Positions 23,960 through 36,331 of a DNA stretch of 64,000 nucleotides are shown one piece after another. The position numbers were made by a program, and so were the translations under genes. Source of the DNA: Squalus acanthias (Eukaryota); assembly GCA_030390025.1 (NCBI GenBank), contig CM059431.1, positions 129,210,001-129,274,000 on the forward strand, in the 5' to 3' direction. Each line of letters opens with the position of its first letter. Positions within the stretch are counted from its first letter, which is position 1. The notes below the pieces were generated by a model. The model had not been told where the DNA came from, ran no database searches, and worked only from the letters and a program-made list of their open reading frames with translations.

Positions 23960-26150
23960 ACCACCCTGGTGTGAGCCCCTATCTTAAATGCTCTTAGTCT
24001 AATGCTCCAGTGGCTGCAACATGGTAGGTGGAAAGCAACTATGGCTCAGTGAAGGGCTCTTAAGATGCTCATGATCAGCAACCTCTAGGAGATTGTGCCT
24101 GAGATGCTCCGGCTGTAGACTGCAGGAACTCAGTGGCTATTGGGGCACCCAGCTATCCTTTGGGCACCAAGGCAAGCATTGGTTGAGGAGGTCGCAAGGG
24201 TCCAGATGCGTTGTCATCCTGAGATGGCAGCATGTTGCTTTCCCATTGGATGACGGCCCCTGCTATCGGAATACTGCTCAGTACTCCCATTGATCTGCAG
24301 GGGAGTAGACTGTGGAGGTCTGGGATCCAACTGAAGTCCCTACCCATTTAGGCTCCTAGCCTGTCCAAAGGCAGATGAGATGGTGGCACCCAGACGATTC
24401 ATGGTACCATTATGAGCATCCCTGAGACATGCTATTCCTGGTGCCACACACTTCTGCAGGGAAGGCCTTGGTGCAGGGTCCATTGAGGACACTACACATT
24501 CCTCACCTGGTGGACTGCAGCTTGTCGATGCCATGCACCAGAGCCCCGCACAAATTGGTAGTAGAGTCCACCATGCAATCCAACATGTTCTAGAAGCTCC
24601 TTGGCAGGCAGGAAAATACATTCAACAATTGCTAGTGCATAGAAATCATTTTCTTTTAAAGGCTAGGGCCCAAAAAATCTGCATCCCTGCCCTCTTCAAC
24701 AGAGCTGAAACATGAGTTGGCTCTCCAGCAAAGTCGTTTCCTGGGCCTTCCGTGCCACCAGCACCTGCTCCTGCTCACATGTACTCTGTGAATCTTCCAG
24801 TGCAGACCCCCTAAAGTTAATATCAAAGTCACAAGGGGTGCAATTTCTGCACTGGTACTTAGCAGGTTAAGACCAAGTGATGTTACATCTTTGGAAGGGC
24901 AGTCTTCCTCAGTCTGTCTGACTGGAGCGGTCAAGTCATCTGATTAACCTAGAAAAAGGGGAGAGAGACAAGGGTTAAGATGTAGATACAAGGGTAATCA
25001 TTAGCAGATGAGGGACAGAACAATGCACCACCAGGTTGTCATGCGAGTGAGACAAATCGTAAGAGAAAAGGAAGGGAAGATGCCCAAAGACCTTGCTGTG
25101 TTTGGCCTCCAGTCTGGCCATCTAAAATGCTGCATGCTCTCTCTCTGCCAATGATGTTGATGGTAGCCTTTTCCATTGATGTGTATAGAGGCAGAACCTC
25201 CTCCTGTTCTAATACTCTCCCTTCTCTATTAGTCTGTGACCTGTTGAAGGGTTTTTGAAATGTCTGATGCAGCTTATCATAGTGTGCATCATGAGTGGAA
25301 GCAGCAGCATGCATGACCAAGAGGGGGAAGTAGTTTTGTGGACAGTAATATATCTTAAGGCTATGGGCAACACGGTGGCATCGTGGTTAGCACTGGTGCC
25401 TCACAGCACCAGAGACCCGGGTTCGAATCTGACCTCGGGTGACTGTCTGTGTGGAGTTTGCACATTCTCCCCGTGTCTGCGTGGGTTTCCTCCGGGTGCT
25501 CCGGTTTCTTCCCACAGTCCAAAAATGTGTGGGTTAGGTTGATTTGGCTATGATAAATTGACCCTTAGTGTTAAGGGGGATTAAATATGTGGGGTTATGG
25601 GGATAGGATGGGATATGTTAGGGGGAATTAAATACGTGGGGTTACGGGGGTAGGGTGGGATATGTGTGTACTGTGGGGATTAAAGCAGGGACAGGGTACT
25701 GGATTTGGATGATCAGCCATGATTGTATTGAATGGCGGAGCAGGCTCGACGGGCCGAATGGCCTACTCCTGCTCCTAGATTCTATGTTTCTATGTTTATG
25801 TGCGCAAGCAGAAGAAGGTGCAATGAAGTGTCCCATTGTGATTGGAGATGGGGAATCAAAAAAGGGAAGGATTGATAGTGATGGGGCTAACATGGGGTTC
25901 TGCAGAGTTGTGCAGAGAGTATGAAAAAAGTGAAGTAGTGTCCTACCTAGGCAGTCCTGGTGAGGTCATTTAAAAAAATTCCGCAATGCAGCCAGGTCCT
26001 GGGAGCAATGCTTGTGGCATTTACTTGTTTTTCCATCTCTCTCCATTGATGCTGAGTAATTTGTCTGGGCACTGTCATCCATCACAGGAGAAGAGGATTC
26101 CCTTCCTGCTACTGATTGTCATATCAGAAAATCTGGTTGAAGTCATACTG
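23960..26150 (-). pseudogene. Harbinger Myb-like gene remnant (3 exons)
   Basis: Exon 1 remnant ..VNATSIAPRTWLHC..FNDLTRTA|gtagg (about 25947); exon 2 LYTSMEKATINIIGRERA; exon 3 C-terminal AATG motif at about 24010. Confidence 0.6.
25365..25797 (+). mobile_element. HE1-type V-SINE (tRNA head, V domain, CR1-derived tail)
   Basis: A box GGTGGCATCGTGG, B box GGTTCGAATC, V domain GTGGAGTTTGCACATTCTCCCCGTGTCTGCGTGGGTTTCCTCCGGGTGCTCCGGTTTC, tail GGGCCGAATGGCCTACTCCTGCTCC..TTCTATG. Confidence 0.93.
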
Positions 26151-26874
26151 CAATTGAAAATCACATTTCACTATCTACCATCAAAAAGTGCACCTCTCCT
26201 TTAAGGACCTTTAGGCTCTATTTAAGTAGCAGGTGCCCCATCGGATGTTTTGCCCTCCCAATTGGTGAACTGCCCATGGAGGAGGAAATCAAAAAATACA
26301 GTATAATCTGGGTGTGGTATTAGTGAAAGTCTGGGAACAAAACACCTGCCCATTCTCTCAGCTTTAGAGCATTGGTCCTGGTGAACTGAAGAATGAGGGT
26401 GGCTTACACTGGAGAATTGACCAGTAACAGCAGTCCATGGGAAAAATTGAGTAAAACTCATGAAGAAGGGCTTTGGAATTGAGGGAAGTTAAAAGAAATA
26501 ATATGGGAAGAAAATGTAACAGGTATATGTGTCACTGCTGGGCAGATAGCAATCTGTATGCAGGTAAGGTTCAAAGGCATTAAACTAGATTTTAGCAGGA
26601 ACTTAGTAGCTAGCCTTACAGCAATGTCCTCTGTTACTGATGCAAATCTAGGGACTTACATCTGTTTAATGTTGAAATAGTAATCCAGATACTTGCCCAT
26701 GTCTGATTGTTCTTGATTTTGAAGTAAATTAAGCAAAGAAAAACAGTTTAACGACAAAGATTAATGACCATATTTAAGTGCTTTGGTTCAAATATCAATC
26801 AAAATATCATTAATATTTGAAGCAGCAGAGATGAGTCATCGCCGTGTATTCCGAAAATTTATTTGAGCAGGTAA

Positions 26875-27036
26875 TATGTGACTCCAGACCCACAGCAATG
26901 TGGTTGACTCTTAACTACCCTCTGCGGTTCAAGAAGGCGGCTCACCACCACCTTCTCAAGGACAATTAGGGATGGGCAATAAACGCTGGCCTTGCCAGCG
27001 ATGCCCAAATCCCATGAACGGATATTAAAAAAAAAA
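26875..27036 (+). mobile_element. Shark SINE/LINE 3' end with A tail
   Basis: GGCTCACCACCACCTTCTCAAGGACAATTAGGGATGGGCAATAAACGCTGGCCTTGCCAGCGATGCCC followed by poly(A); the family was recalled, not searched. Confidence 0.65.
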
Positions 27037-27110
27037 GGTATGTCATAACAATTCAAGAATTATTACACAGTATGCAAAGTTCCCACTCTTGTTCTGATAG
27101 CTAACTGCAT

Positions 27111-27291
27111 AGGAGTAATTTTCTACTTCGTAACCTGGATAGTAACCTGGGGGTTTGCTCACCAATTGTAGAACACGCCCGTCTTTTATCTCATTTAAAT
27201 CAATAGAATGGAAATCGGGCTGGTTTTACAATGGGCAGGAAATCTGCTCTGCCAGATTACTGCCCAGGTGGTGAAGGTGAATATTGACTCC
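27111..27291. mobile_element. Palindromic MITE (~180 bp)
   Basis: GGAGTAATTTTC ... GAATATTGACTCC ends; internal ACCTGGATAGTAACCTGG / CCAGATTACTGCCCAGGT symmetry. Confidence 0.6.
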
Positions 27292-27619
27292 TTTCTGTTC
27301 ATACTACAGCATTTATTTATTTATTTTCAATTGATTTAATTATGGTTTAGCTATAATGAGCAAGGCAATTCCCTCTTGGGACGCTGTGAGTGAATATCGC
27401 GGCGCTGCGGCACATTGTGCCGCGGTACTGCAGGCCTTCCTCCCCTTATTAAAGGGGAGGGGCCTAGCACAGCGCGAACCGGGGCCCAGCTGGGTCACCA
27501 GGGATCGGAGTGCCGGCAAAAGAGCCCGGCACTCAAGAGTAGTGCCGGGCTCATGGAGCGCAGCCGACACCCCGCAGGGGGGGCTTCAAATGAGGCTGGG
27601 GACAGCAACGGGGGCAGGT

Positions 27620-27990
27620 GCTGGCAGGCACTCTTGTCTCTGACTTAGAAGGTTATGGATTCAAGCCTGGTACATAAGCATTCTGAGCTAGACTGCTGAG
27701 GGAGGCATTGTCTTTTGTACACCAGGAGAGATGTGTATACCAAGGCCCTGTCCAGATGGACATAAGAGGTCCCATAGAACAAAAGCAAGGAGTTGTCCTG
27801 TACAACATTCCTCACTGAACTAACTTCATCCAGAAAATACCATTTGCTCTTTGTGGCACCTTGATATGCACAAATTGGCAGCCATAACAACAGTGACTAA
27901 ACTTCAACAATAATTAATTGGTCATGAAGTGCTTTGGGATGTTTGGGGATATGAATAGCACTATATAAATTCAAGTTCTTTCTTTCTTCT
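27620..27990 (+). mobile_element. SacSINE1-like SINE, degraded
   Basis: Reverse-complement homologue of 13536-13938; ends GCACTATATAAATTCAAG(TTCT)n. Confidence 0.7.
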
Positions 27991-28159
27991 TACGTAAATT
28001 AAAGATAGCAACAAAATTACACTAGGGATAATTAACAAAATAAATACATACGAACATGTTAGAGAGAAAATATATGTGTGTGTGCATGTGTGTATAAATA
28101 AATAAAAAGTAATGGAATAAAAAGGCGAGATGCAAAAAGTGTGCTTTATCTTTGTTAAA

Positions 28160-28640
28160 TCCTGTTCACTCCTAACTGCCCTAGCTCTAATTTTTAGATG
28201 ATGCATCCTAGTTCTGGATTCCCCCATCAGAGGAAATAGTTTATCTGTATCTACACTATCAAATCTCTTTATCATTTTAAACACCACAATTAGATGTTCA
28301 ACCTGCTGAACTCCAGGGAATATAAATCAAGTTTATGCAATCTTATCTCACAATTTAACCCTTTCAGCCATTGTATCATTCCGGTAAATCTGCACTGTAC
28401 CCTGTACAAAGCCAATATATCTTTCCTGAGATGCAATGCAAAAATTGAATGCAATACTCCAAATCGGGTCTGACAATGCCTCTGTACAACTGAAGCATAA
28501 CTTCCTCAATTTTGAATTCCAACTCCCTTGAGGTAAAGGTCAACATTCCATTAGCCTTTTTGATTATTTTTTTGTACCTGTGCACTAGCTTTTAGTGATT
28601 TGTGTATCTGGACACCCAAATCCCTTTGCTCCTCCACAAC
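28160..28640 (-). mobile_element. CR1 fragment
   Basis: KKANGMLTFTSRELEFK..VRPDLEYCIQF; DKLFPLMGESRTR. Confidence 0.85.
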
Positions 28641-29717
28641 AAAATTACATTCTCAGAGATAACACATTTCAAAGCTGTGTGCTCCTGTGATTTCATGGAC
28701 AGTTTGTTAATGACAGCAAATGATGTAAGATGAATGTTGTGCACCGTAAATCACTAGCAGCAATAAAATAATTGTTGCACTGAGATCTCAAATGCATTTT
28801 TTCCCAGGAATTGCATAACTAATAATTTGTGGATCCTAACAGAGTAATGTCTAACACTGGCTTACAGATGATTCACTAAACACTAAAGAACATTTGTTAT
28901 ATTCCTTGTTGGCTTATGTTGAAATTGATAGAATCTCCCAGTATTTGTTGGAGATATATGGAGGCGATGAGGAGATCTGCTGCACTCAGTATGGATGTGT
29001 TCAAGTATCAATACATTTTAGACCATGGTTACGAGGATGCTCATATTCACAAGAAAAGCACACATTTTCCTTAATCACCAATAAACCTTAAAGAGCTCAA
29101 GCCCATTGCTTAGTTTCTTTCTTGGTAGCTGACAAACATTGCAGACAAGGTCACATCTTTAACCCACTTCTGCAAATAGTGTCAGTAGATTTTGGACCAA
29201 AATGTCCAAAGCGTCATGGAGCAAATTTTGGCTAAGTTTAATTACAGTAGGAAAATAATACAGAGAATATGGGAATCCTTTGACTACTTTATGAGATCCC
29301 ACACAAGTCTTTATGAAGTAACAATGGATTAAATGGGGACCGGCTAATCTGGGGCACGAGCGGGATATGAATTTAACAGACCTTCACCTTACCTGAGTGG
29401 CATATCCCTTTGCTTGTTTTGTTAAAGAGGTTTCTCAATGGAATTGCCAAAATATTGTGGGTGAGAAATTCAGCTGCTTTGCACCTCCCGTTAGTGCCTA
29501 GGGGCGCGGTAACAGGGCGCTAAGGGGTTAGCGACCGGGCACGGTGAATTCAGCAACGCCCGTGAACGTCCCTGCTGGTTTACTGCCTCACCCTCTAGCG
29601 CCTCACAGATCGTGACATCATAAAGTGCGCAGCACCCCATTACCTTCACTAAAAAGAGTGAGTGCTGTGCTACTGTACCTTATTGGACACCTTACAGGAG
29701 TCACCTGGAACAAGGGA

Positions 29718-30865
29718 ATGGTTGGTCATGGGCATCTTGTTAGGGTCGCCCTTACGCTGCATGGCGATTTGGAGGAGGAGATGAGGCGAGGCAGAGCAGC
29801 ACCAGATGCTGCAGGAGAGAAGGACAGGAGGGCGAGGAGGACTCTCAGCAGGAGACCCTATCCACCCAGGGTATTCAGAAGGCAGTACTGCTACATTCAC
29901 ATGACCCAAGACCAGTGCATAAGGAGGCTGCAATTTACCAAGTGGGTCATCACAGAGATCTGTTTCATCATGGAAGGAAGACTCAGACATCGCAGCACAG
30001 CCAGGACTGCATTGCCTGTGGCAGTCAAGGTCACAGTAGCACTTCATTTTTATGTTACTGGAACCTTCCAAGCTGCCACAGATAACATAAGTCACATCTC
30101 ACAACCCTTTGTGCACTTCTGTATAAGGGCCCTCTGCGACTCTATAAGCTCCGAGGAATATTATTCCCTATTGCCAAAGAAGGCCAGAGGCAGAGAGCAC
30201 TAGGATTGGACAGAATTGCGGGATTCCCCATGGACCAGGGAGCCATTGACTGTACATATGTGGCCATGCGAGCCCCTCATTTAAACTCGGAGGTGTTCAC
30301 GGACAGAAAGGGATTCCATTCCCTCAAAGTACAGCTTGTCTGCGACCACTGACAGCGCATTAAGCTGGTGCGTGCCTGCTATCCAGGGAGCTGTCATGAT
30401 GCATTTAGAATGAGACAGTTATCTGTCCCACAGATCTTTGAGCCCCAATGCAATGTGCATGGCTGGCTACTAGGTGACAAGGGATATCCTCTGATGCCAT
30501 GGCACATGACTCCCCTGAGAAACCCCCAGACACCAGCTGAGCCAGTCAGCCACCAGGAATATCAGTGAGCGGATCACTGGGGTTCTCAAGCAGAAGTTTA
30601 GATGCCTTGACTGGTCAGGTGGTGCCCTGGAGTACTCGGCTGAGAGGTGTCCACATTCGTGGTGATTTGCTGCATGTTCCACAATCTGGCTATCATGAGA
30701 GACCTGCCATTACCACCAGCAATTGTGCCAGAGGGTCAAGCTCAGCAGCCACAAGAGGAGGAGGAGGAAGAGGAGGAGGACTGTGGGGGGCACCAGAGGC
30801 TTCCAGGGAGACGGGCCGCACCTGGGAGGGACGTTCGCCGCCATGTAATTGAACAACGCTTTTGA
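29718..30865 (+). pseudogene. Harbinger DDE transposase (frameshifted)
   Basis: [62 protein letters not shown], followed by an acidic tail. Confidence 0.92.
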
Positions 30866-31062
30866 GAGACGTGCTCCACCATCAGACTCTGGAGCACTGC
30901 TGCGACCTGATGTACCTTCCATGGTTTAGGATCCAACAGGCAGTCCATCATCTGCACTCAATCCTTTCAACCCCTTCCCCATGAAGATAGCAATAAAAAA
31001 GACCACCGATTCCACCACTACCCAATTACCATAATCACTGTTTATATACATCAAAAACAAAA

Positions 31063-31670
31063 TGGAATGGAATGCTGGCCTTTATATCTAGAGGACTAGA
31101 ATACAAGGGGGTAGAAGTTATGCGACATCTATACAAAGCCCTAGTTAGACCACACCTGGAGTACTGTGAGCAGTTCTGGGCACCACATCTTAGGAGTGAT
31201 ATATTGGCCTTGGAGGGAGTGCAACGTAGGTTTACCAGACTCCAAGGGTTAAATTACGAGGAGAGATTAGACAAATTAGGGTTGTATTCCCTAGAATTTA
31301 GAAGGTTAAAGGGTGATTTGATCGAAGTTTTCAAGATATTAAAGGCAACAGATAGGGTAGATAGAGAGAAACTATTTCCGCTGGTTGGGGAGTCTAGGAC
31401 TAGGGGACATAGTCTAAAAATCAGAGCCAGACCTTTCAGGAGTGAAATTAGGAAACACTTCTACACACAAAGGGTGGTAAAAGTTTGGAACTATCTTCCG
31501 CAAACGGCAATTGATGCTAGATCAATTGTTAATTTTAAATCTGAGATTGATAGCTTTTTGTTAACCAAAGGTATTAAGGGATATGGGGCAAAGGCAGGTA
31601 TATGCAGATCAGTCATGTGAAACAGGCTCGAGGGGCTAAATGGCCTACTATTGTTCCTATGTTCTTATGT
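31063..31670 (+). mobile_element. CR1 3' fragment inserted in the Harbinger intergenic spacer
   Basis: ORF 31072-31620 LVRPHLEYCEQFWAPH..WNYLP; TTCCTATGTTCTTATG tail. Confidence 0.93.
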
Positions 31671-31724
31671 AAAATATGTAAACATGACTTAAAAATATTA
31701 AACTATTCAGCCTGGTGCTTACCC

Positions 31725-32972
31725 TTAGTGGCTATCTATAAGTGCTCTTGTGTAATCTAGAGCTTCTACAAAGTGCAACCCCAGTGGCAGCAGCAGGCGA
31801 AGTGGATGGCTGCTGAGAATCTGAAGAGGGCTGTTCAGATGTGGGCCGTGATGGTCCCATCTCAGATTGTACCATCTCAGCATGGGCTTCAGCAGTCTGG
31901 GCCAACTGGCTGACAAGCAACGGAAAGGGCATTGATGGAGTGGCGAGGGAGGGAGCAGGAATGCTGGCATCAAGAGAGAGGCCAGTAGGTTGCTGCTCCA
32001 TGATTCCCACGCCACTACCTCAGGGCCCCTGTTCAGCCCGCCCAGTGATCTAGTGTAGGACAGACCTGTGGGCATCGGAGAGACTCTGCAAGCCCCTATC
32101 AACCGAGGAGCCCAGAGCCACCGTGGCAGCTGCCTGAGCTTCCATTGCAGCAGTGTCCCGTTCTATGCAAGCTGCAATGACTGCAGTGGAAGCTGCGACC
32201 TCAATCTTCAGACGCTGCATGATGACGGGCTCCACAGGTCGCTGGCTGGAAGTCATCAGCCTCTCCACGCTGGAGAGGATGGGTTCCAGGCTCTGCGTCC
32301 AACCATGGACCAAGGTGGAGGCGGACTCCTTCATCCCTCTAGCCACGACCCGTAGGCTTTCAGGCAGGCTCTCCATTGCAACAAGCATTTGGTTTGTCGC
32401 ACCCATCAGCCTTCTTCTGAAGCTTGGCCCTGCGAGGTCCTCATCTAACTCCTCTACAGCAGAACAAGTATACGACCTTGCCCTCCCAGAAAGGTGGCCC
32501 CTGTGGTGTCCCTTCCACTGTGCATGGCTGCTGCCCGCTAGTCTCTGGTGCATCCCACCTAGCCTCTAAGTTGCGCGTGGTGCCGGTCTCTGAGCTGCAG
32601 TGCATTCGTCCTCGCTCTCCTCCTCCTTGCTCTCCTCTTCCTCTGGAGGGTGAGGTGGCTGTTGCTCTTCCTCAACCTGCTCCATGGGGCGAGGTGCATC
32701 TTGCTCCTGGCAGCCTGCAATGATAAATCTGGAAGGGTAGGGTGCAGCGTGTGTGGCCGCTATGGGAGGATGTGTGTGAGGAGAACATATGGAGCTTGTG
32801 AGTGAGGATAGCTTTGGGTGATTAGGGATCAGGAATAGTTGTGCATCTGCAAGGAAGCTGCAGTGGGCACATACCTCTAGGCGATATGTCCCCTGCTCTG
32901 CCTCTGGCCACGGTATCTTCCACTCCCCTCCCAAAAGGCACCGGATTAACGTGCTGCCTGTGCTTTCTAAAC
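31725..32972 (-). pseudogene. Harbinger Myb-like gene exons 2 (partial) and 3
   Basis: DEDLAGPSFRRRLMG..MLVAMESLPESL..QSLEPILSSVER..QQPSTSPAAATGVALCRS; homologous to 60262-61318. Confidence 0.8.
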
Positions 32973-33030
32973 AGGCACAAACAAATCTCGCCCAGCGGTG
33001 AGTTTTCAGGCCTTATCGAATTTCCCGGCC

Positions 33031-33898
33031 TAGGTTACTGCCTGCAGCAGCAATACCTCTACTTCCCATATTGATGTTGTTGCACATGTATATGAAACAG
33101 GAGAATACCGCAGGTGGATGATTCGATCCCGAAAGGGGCTGTCTGGGTTGCCTCCTTCCTTCTACTTCCTCCTCTTCTGCTTTTTCCTCTTCTGCTTCTT
33201 CCTCTTCTGCTACTTCCTCTTCTGCTTCTTCCTCTTCTGCTTCTTCCTCTTCTGCTACTTCCTCTTCTGCTTCTTCCTCTTCTGCTACTTCCTCTTCTGC
33301 TTCCTTCCCCCTCTGTGAGCAGCTTGTCCCCTTTGCTGCCTCTGCTCCATCTTCATGTGATGCTGCAGCCCAAGGGGGACTACAACTAGAGCCCCCAGGA
33401 CTGGGAGCAAGTGTTGTTCTCAGAGGCTTTCCTTTAACATCCAAAGCCTTGCAAGTGTCCAGCAGCACTCCCTGCACAATTTAGCAACTTTTTAAATGTA
33501 TTGCACCAAGCCACTACTCCAATAAAACATTAAAAAAGTCCAAAAGCTGAAATCAAAACTTAACTGAAAGATTTCTGTGTCCATTTAAGAAGCGCTGACC
33601 ACGCCTCTGTAGAACTGTTGCAGGCACGTTTATTCGTGCATGGTCAGGAGAGGGCATTATTAGGAGCGGTGACGTCTAAAATTGCAGTCATGCGTCAATT
33701 CAGGCATTGCATGCCGATTGACGTCACGATCTGCATATTTACATGTGAGAGGCAAGCGCAGGCAACAGCACGGTGCCGACCTCTCCAAAATGGCGGCCGC
33801 CGTGTTCCGTGCCGGAAGCGGGCAAAAGCGAGGCAGCCACCAATTTTTTCAAAAAAACGGCCTTAACAGCCACGCTTCAACCCCGAATTTCGCGGCCC
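33031..33898 (-). mobile_element. Non-autonomous Harbinger fragment (transposase-side end, core deleted) with a 15-bp tandem repeat at 33165-33305
   Basis: TIR GAATTTCGCGGCCC; (TTCCTCTTCTGCT[A/T]C)n; inverted homologue of 34359-35640. Confidence 0.8.
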
Positions 33899-34262
33899 TA
33901 GTTTCATCAGAGACACTCTCAATGCAATTTTTGCAATTATACACCTATAATGCAACAACAGCTCAAACTATGGTCACGTTTCCCACCAAGATCAGTTGCT
34001 ACTTTCACAGGCTGAATCCATGTGCCACTGAAAGAGAAATTGAGCTGAAGGCTGACCCTCCTATTATCAGGCAGAAGCAGTCACCATGATTAGGTTTTAG
34101 TTGCCACTTTCTCAAATAGCATTCAATCACCTGTGTGTCTGCTGTTAGCACTATATTCAGCTCCTCAAAAATGCTAGCCTGATGAACAAGACATATCAGC
34201 AGCAACAAGCAATGGTTCAAGAATAGCCCATTATGAAGGTAGCAAGGACATTGAGCATCAAT

Positions 34263-34345
34263 GGGAGAATTTTAACCCCAAAAAACAAGTGGGTTGGGGT
34301 CAGGTGGGAGATTAAAGTGTTAAAAATCCAAATCCCGACCCCAAG
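34263..34345 (+). mobile_element. Left end of a MITE of the 36332/6013 family
   Basis: GGGAGAATTTTAACCCCAAAAAACAAGTGGGTTGGGGTCAGG matches 36332-36375. Confidence 0.6.
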
Positions 34346-34358
34346 TTTGAGATTTTTA

Positions 34359-36180
34359 GGCCGTGAAATTTGGCCCGTTTGCGCCACCAGTTTGGATGAA
34401 AAAGTGGCGGCCGCCTCGCTTCCGCCTGCTTCCGGCGCTGAACACGGTGGCCGCCATTTTGGGCAAGTTGGCAACGCTGTTGTTTCCTGTGCTCGCTCCA
34501 GATATGGAAATGAGTCAGATCGTGACGTGAATCAGCATGCAACGCTGAATTGACGCACGATCTGGTATTTTGGAAGTCACCACTCCTTTTAATGCCCTCT
34601 CCAAAGCACGCACAGCAAAACGTGCGTGCAGCTGTACGACGGACAACAACAACTTGTATTTATATAGCGCCTTTAACATAGTAAAACATCCCAAGGCGCT
34701 GCACAGGAGTATTTTAAGAACAAAAATTTGACACCGAGCCACATAAAGATAAATTAGGGCAGGTGACCAAAAGCTTGGTCAAAGAGGTAGGTTTTAAGGA
34801 GCGTCTTAAAGGAGGAAAGAGAGGTAGCGAGGCAGAGATGTTTAGGCAGGGAATTCCAGAGCTTAGGGCCTAGGCAACAGAAGGCACGGCCACCAACGGT
34901 TGAGCGATTATAATCAGGGATTATCAAGAGGGCAGAATTAGAGGAGCGCAGATATCTCGGGGGGTTGTGGGGCTGAAGGAGATTACAGAGATAGGGAGGG
35001 GTGAGGCCACGGAGGGATTTGAAAACAAGGATGAGAATTTTGAAATCGAGGCACTGCTTAACCGGGAGCCAATGTAGGTCAGCGAGCACAGGGGAGATGG
35101 GCAAACGGGACTCGGTGCGAGTTAGGACATGGGCAACCGAGTTTTGGATGACCTCAAGTTTATGTAGGGTGAAATGTGGGAGGGCAGCCAAGGGTGCGTT
35201 GGAATAGTCAAGTCCAGAGGTAACAAAGGCATGGATGAGGGTTCCAGCAGCGGATGAGCTGAGGCAAGGTAGGACCACCTACCAATGCTTCTCAAAGGGA
35301 TACATGCAACTTTCAGCTAAGTTTAGACTTTTGCTTTAATACAGGTTTCTTTACATTTTATTGGAGTAGTGGCTTAGTGCAATATATTTTAAAAGTTGCT
35401 AAATTGTGCAGGGAGTGCTGCTGGATGCTTGCAAGGCTTTGGATGTTAAAGGAAGGCCTCTGAGAACACCATTTGCTCCCAGTCCTGGGGGCTCCAGTTG
35501 CAGTCCCCCTGGGGCTGCAGCATCACATGGAGATGGAGCAGAGACAGCAAAGGGAAAAAGCTGGTCATAGAGGGTGGAAGATAAGGAAGAGGAGGAGGAG
35601 GAAGAAGAATAAGCAGAGGAGGAAGAGGAAGCAGAAGGAAGGTAGGAGATGGCTTTTGAAGATGCATTCACTGGCCTTGACCTCTTGTCTGAGGTCATGA
35701 AACTTCTTTGGGCACTGGAGCCAGGTCCTGGAGGCGACACTGCTGGCAGTGACCGCTCGGCCATCTGGTCCCACATCTTTCTTTTTGGAGGGCCTCCTGG
35801 TCCCCTGTGGGTAGTGGACCTCTCTTCCAGTGTTCACTCCCTGCACAAATCTTGAATGCTGCATCCGAGACCCTGGGTGCCATTTCGCTGGCCTGTTGAG
35901 CCATTTAGATTAGTGCTGAAGCACTTTTACCATTTTTGATCAGCAGAAGACAGGTCACCTTTAAGAGCTGCAGACTGCTTTAAGAGGCACAGGCTAGCTT
36001 TAAGTAAAGCTAGCCTCACTCGAACAATGTGAACTGCCTGTCAGCAGCGCATTCAGCACTAAGCTGTGCGCTGCAATCATTATGATTAGCAGGCAACATG
36101 AAGTTGACCTGCCCGCGTCCGTCTTTCAGTGGTATCGATTTTCACACCCTTAAAATCTCAACTTGGGGTTAAGATTCAGT
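34359..36180 (+). mobile_element. Non-autonomous Harbinger derivative: transposase 5' stub joined to Myb intron 1/exon 1 (-, about 35904-35677); carries an L2 insertion
   Basis: TIR GGCCGTGAAATT; GLQHHMEMEQRQQR; MAQQASEMAPRVSDAA..VQGVNTGREVHYP..RTWLQCPKKFHDLRQEVK. Confidence 0.8.
34643..35278 (-). mobile_element. L2 LINE 3' end
   Basis: ORF 34754-35278 LIHAFVTSGLDYSN..LHWLPV..LWNSLP; near-identical to 14150-14688. Confidence 0.94.
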
Positions 36181-36331
36181 GCATTGATTCTGCAGCATAC
36201 AATTGAGGGAAATTGCAGTTGTTGTTTCATTTCATCTTCTGCAAGTACCTGTTTCCTGATAGGGAAACTAATGCTGAACCAGTCTCTTGTGGATTCTCAT
36301 CCAAATATCTTCTAAACCTCTAAGTGACTAT

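Larger units (their letters stand above)
29459..33030 (+). mobile_element. Harbinger element: near-complete transposase (+), Myb-like exon 3 and part of exon 2 (-), Myb exon 1 absent
   Basis: TIRs GGGTGAGAAATTC / GAATTTCCCGGCC. Confidence 0.85.

Noticed and set aside
25365..25440. tRNA gene
   Set aside because: The A and B boxes continue into a V domain and CR1-like tail, so this is a SINE head
33013..33477. Glu-rich and Leu-rich ORFs as cellular genes
   Set aside because: Derived from a 15-bp tandem repeat inside a deleted transposase
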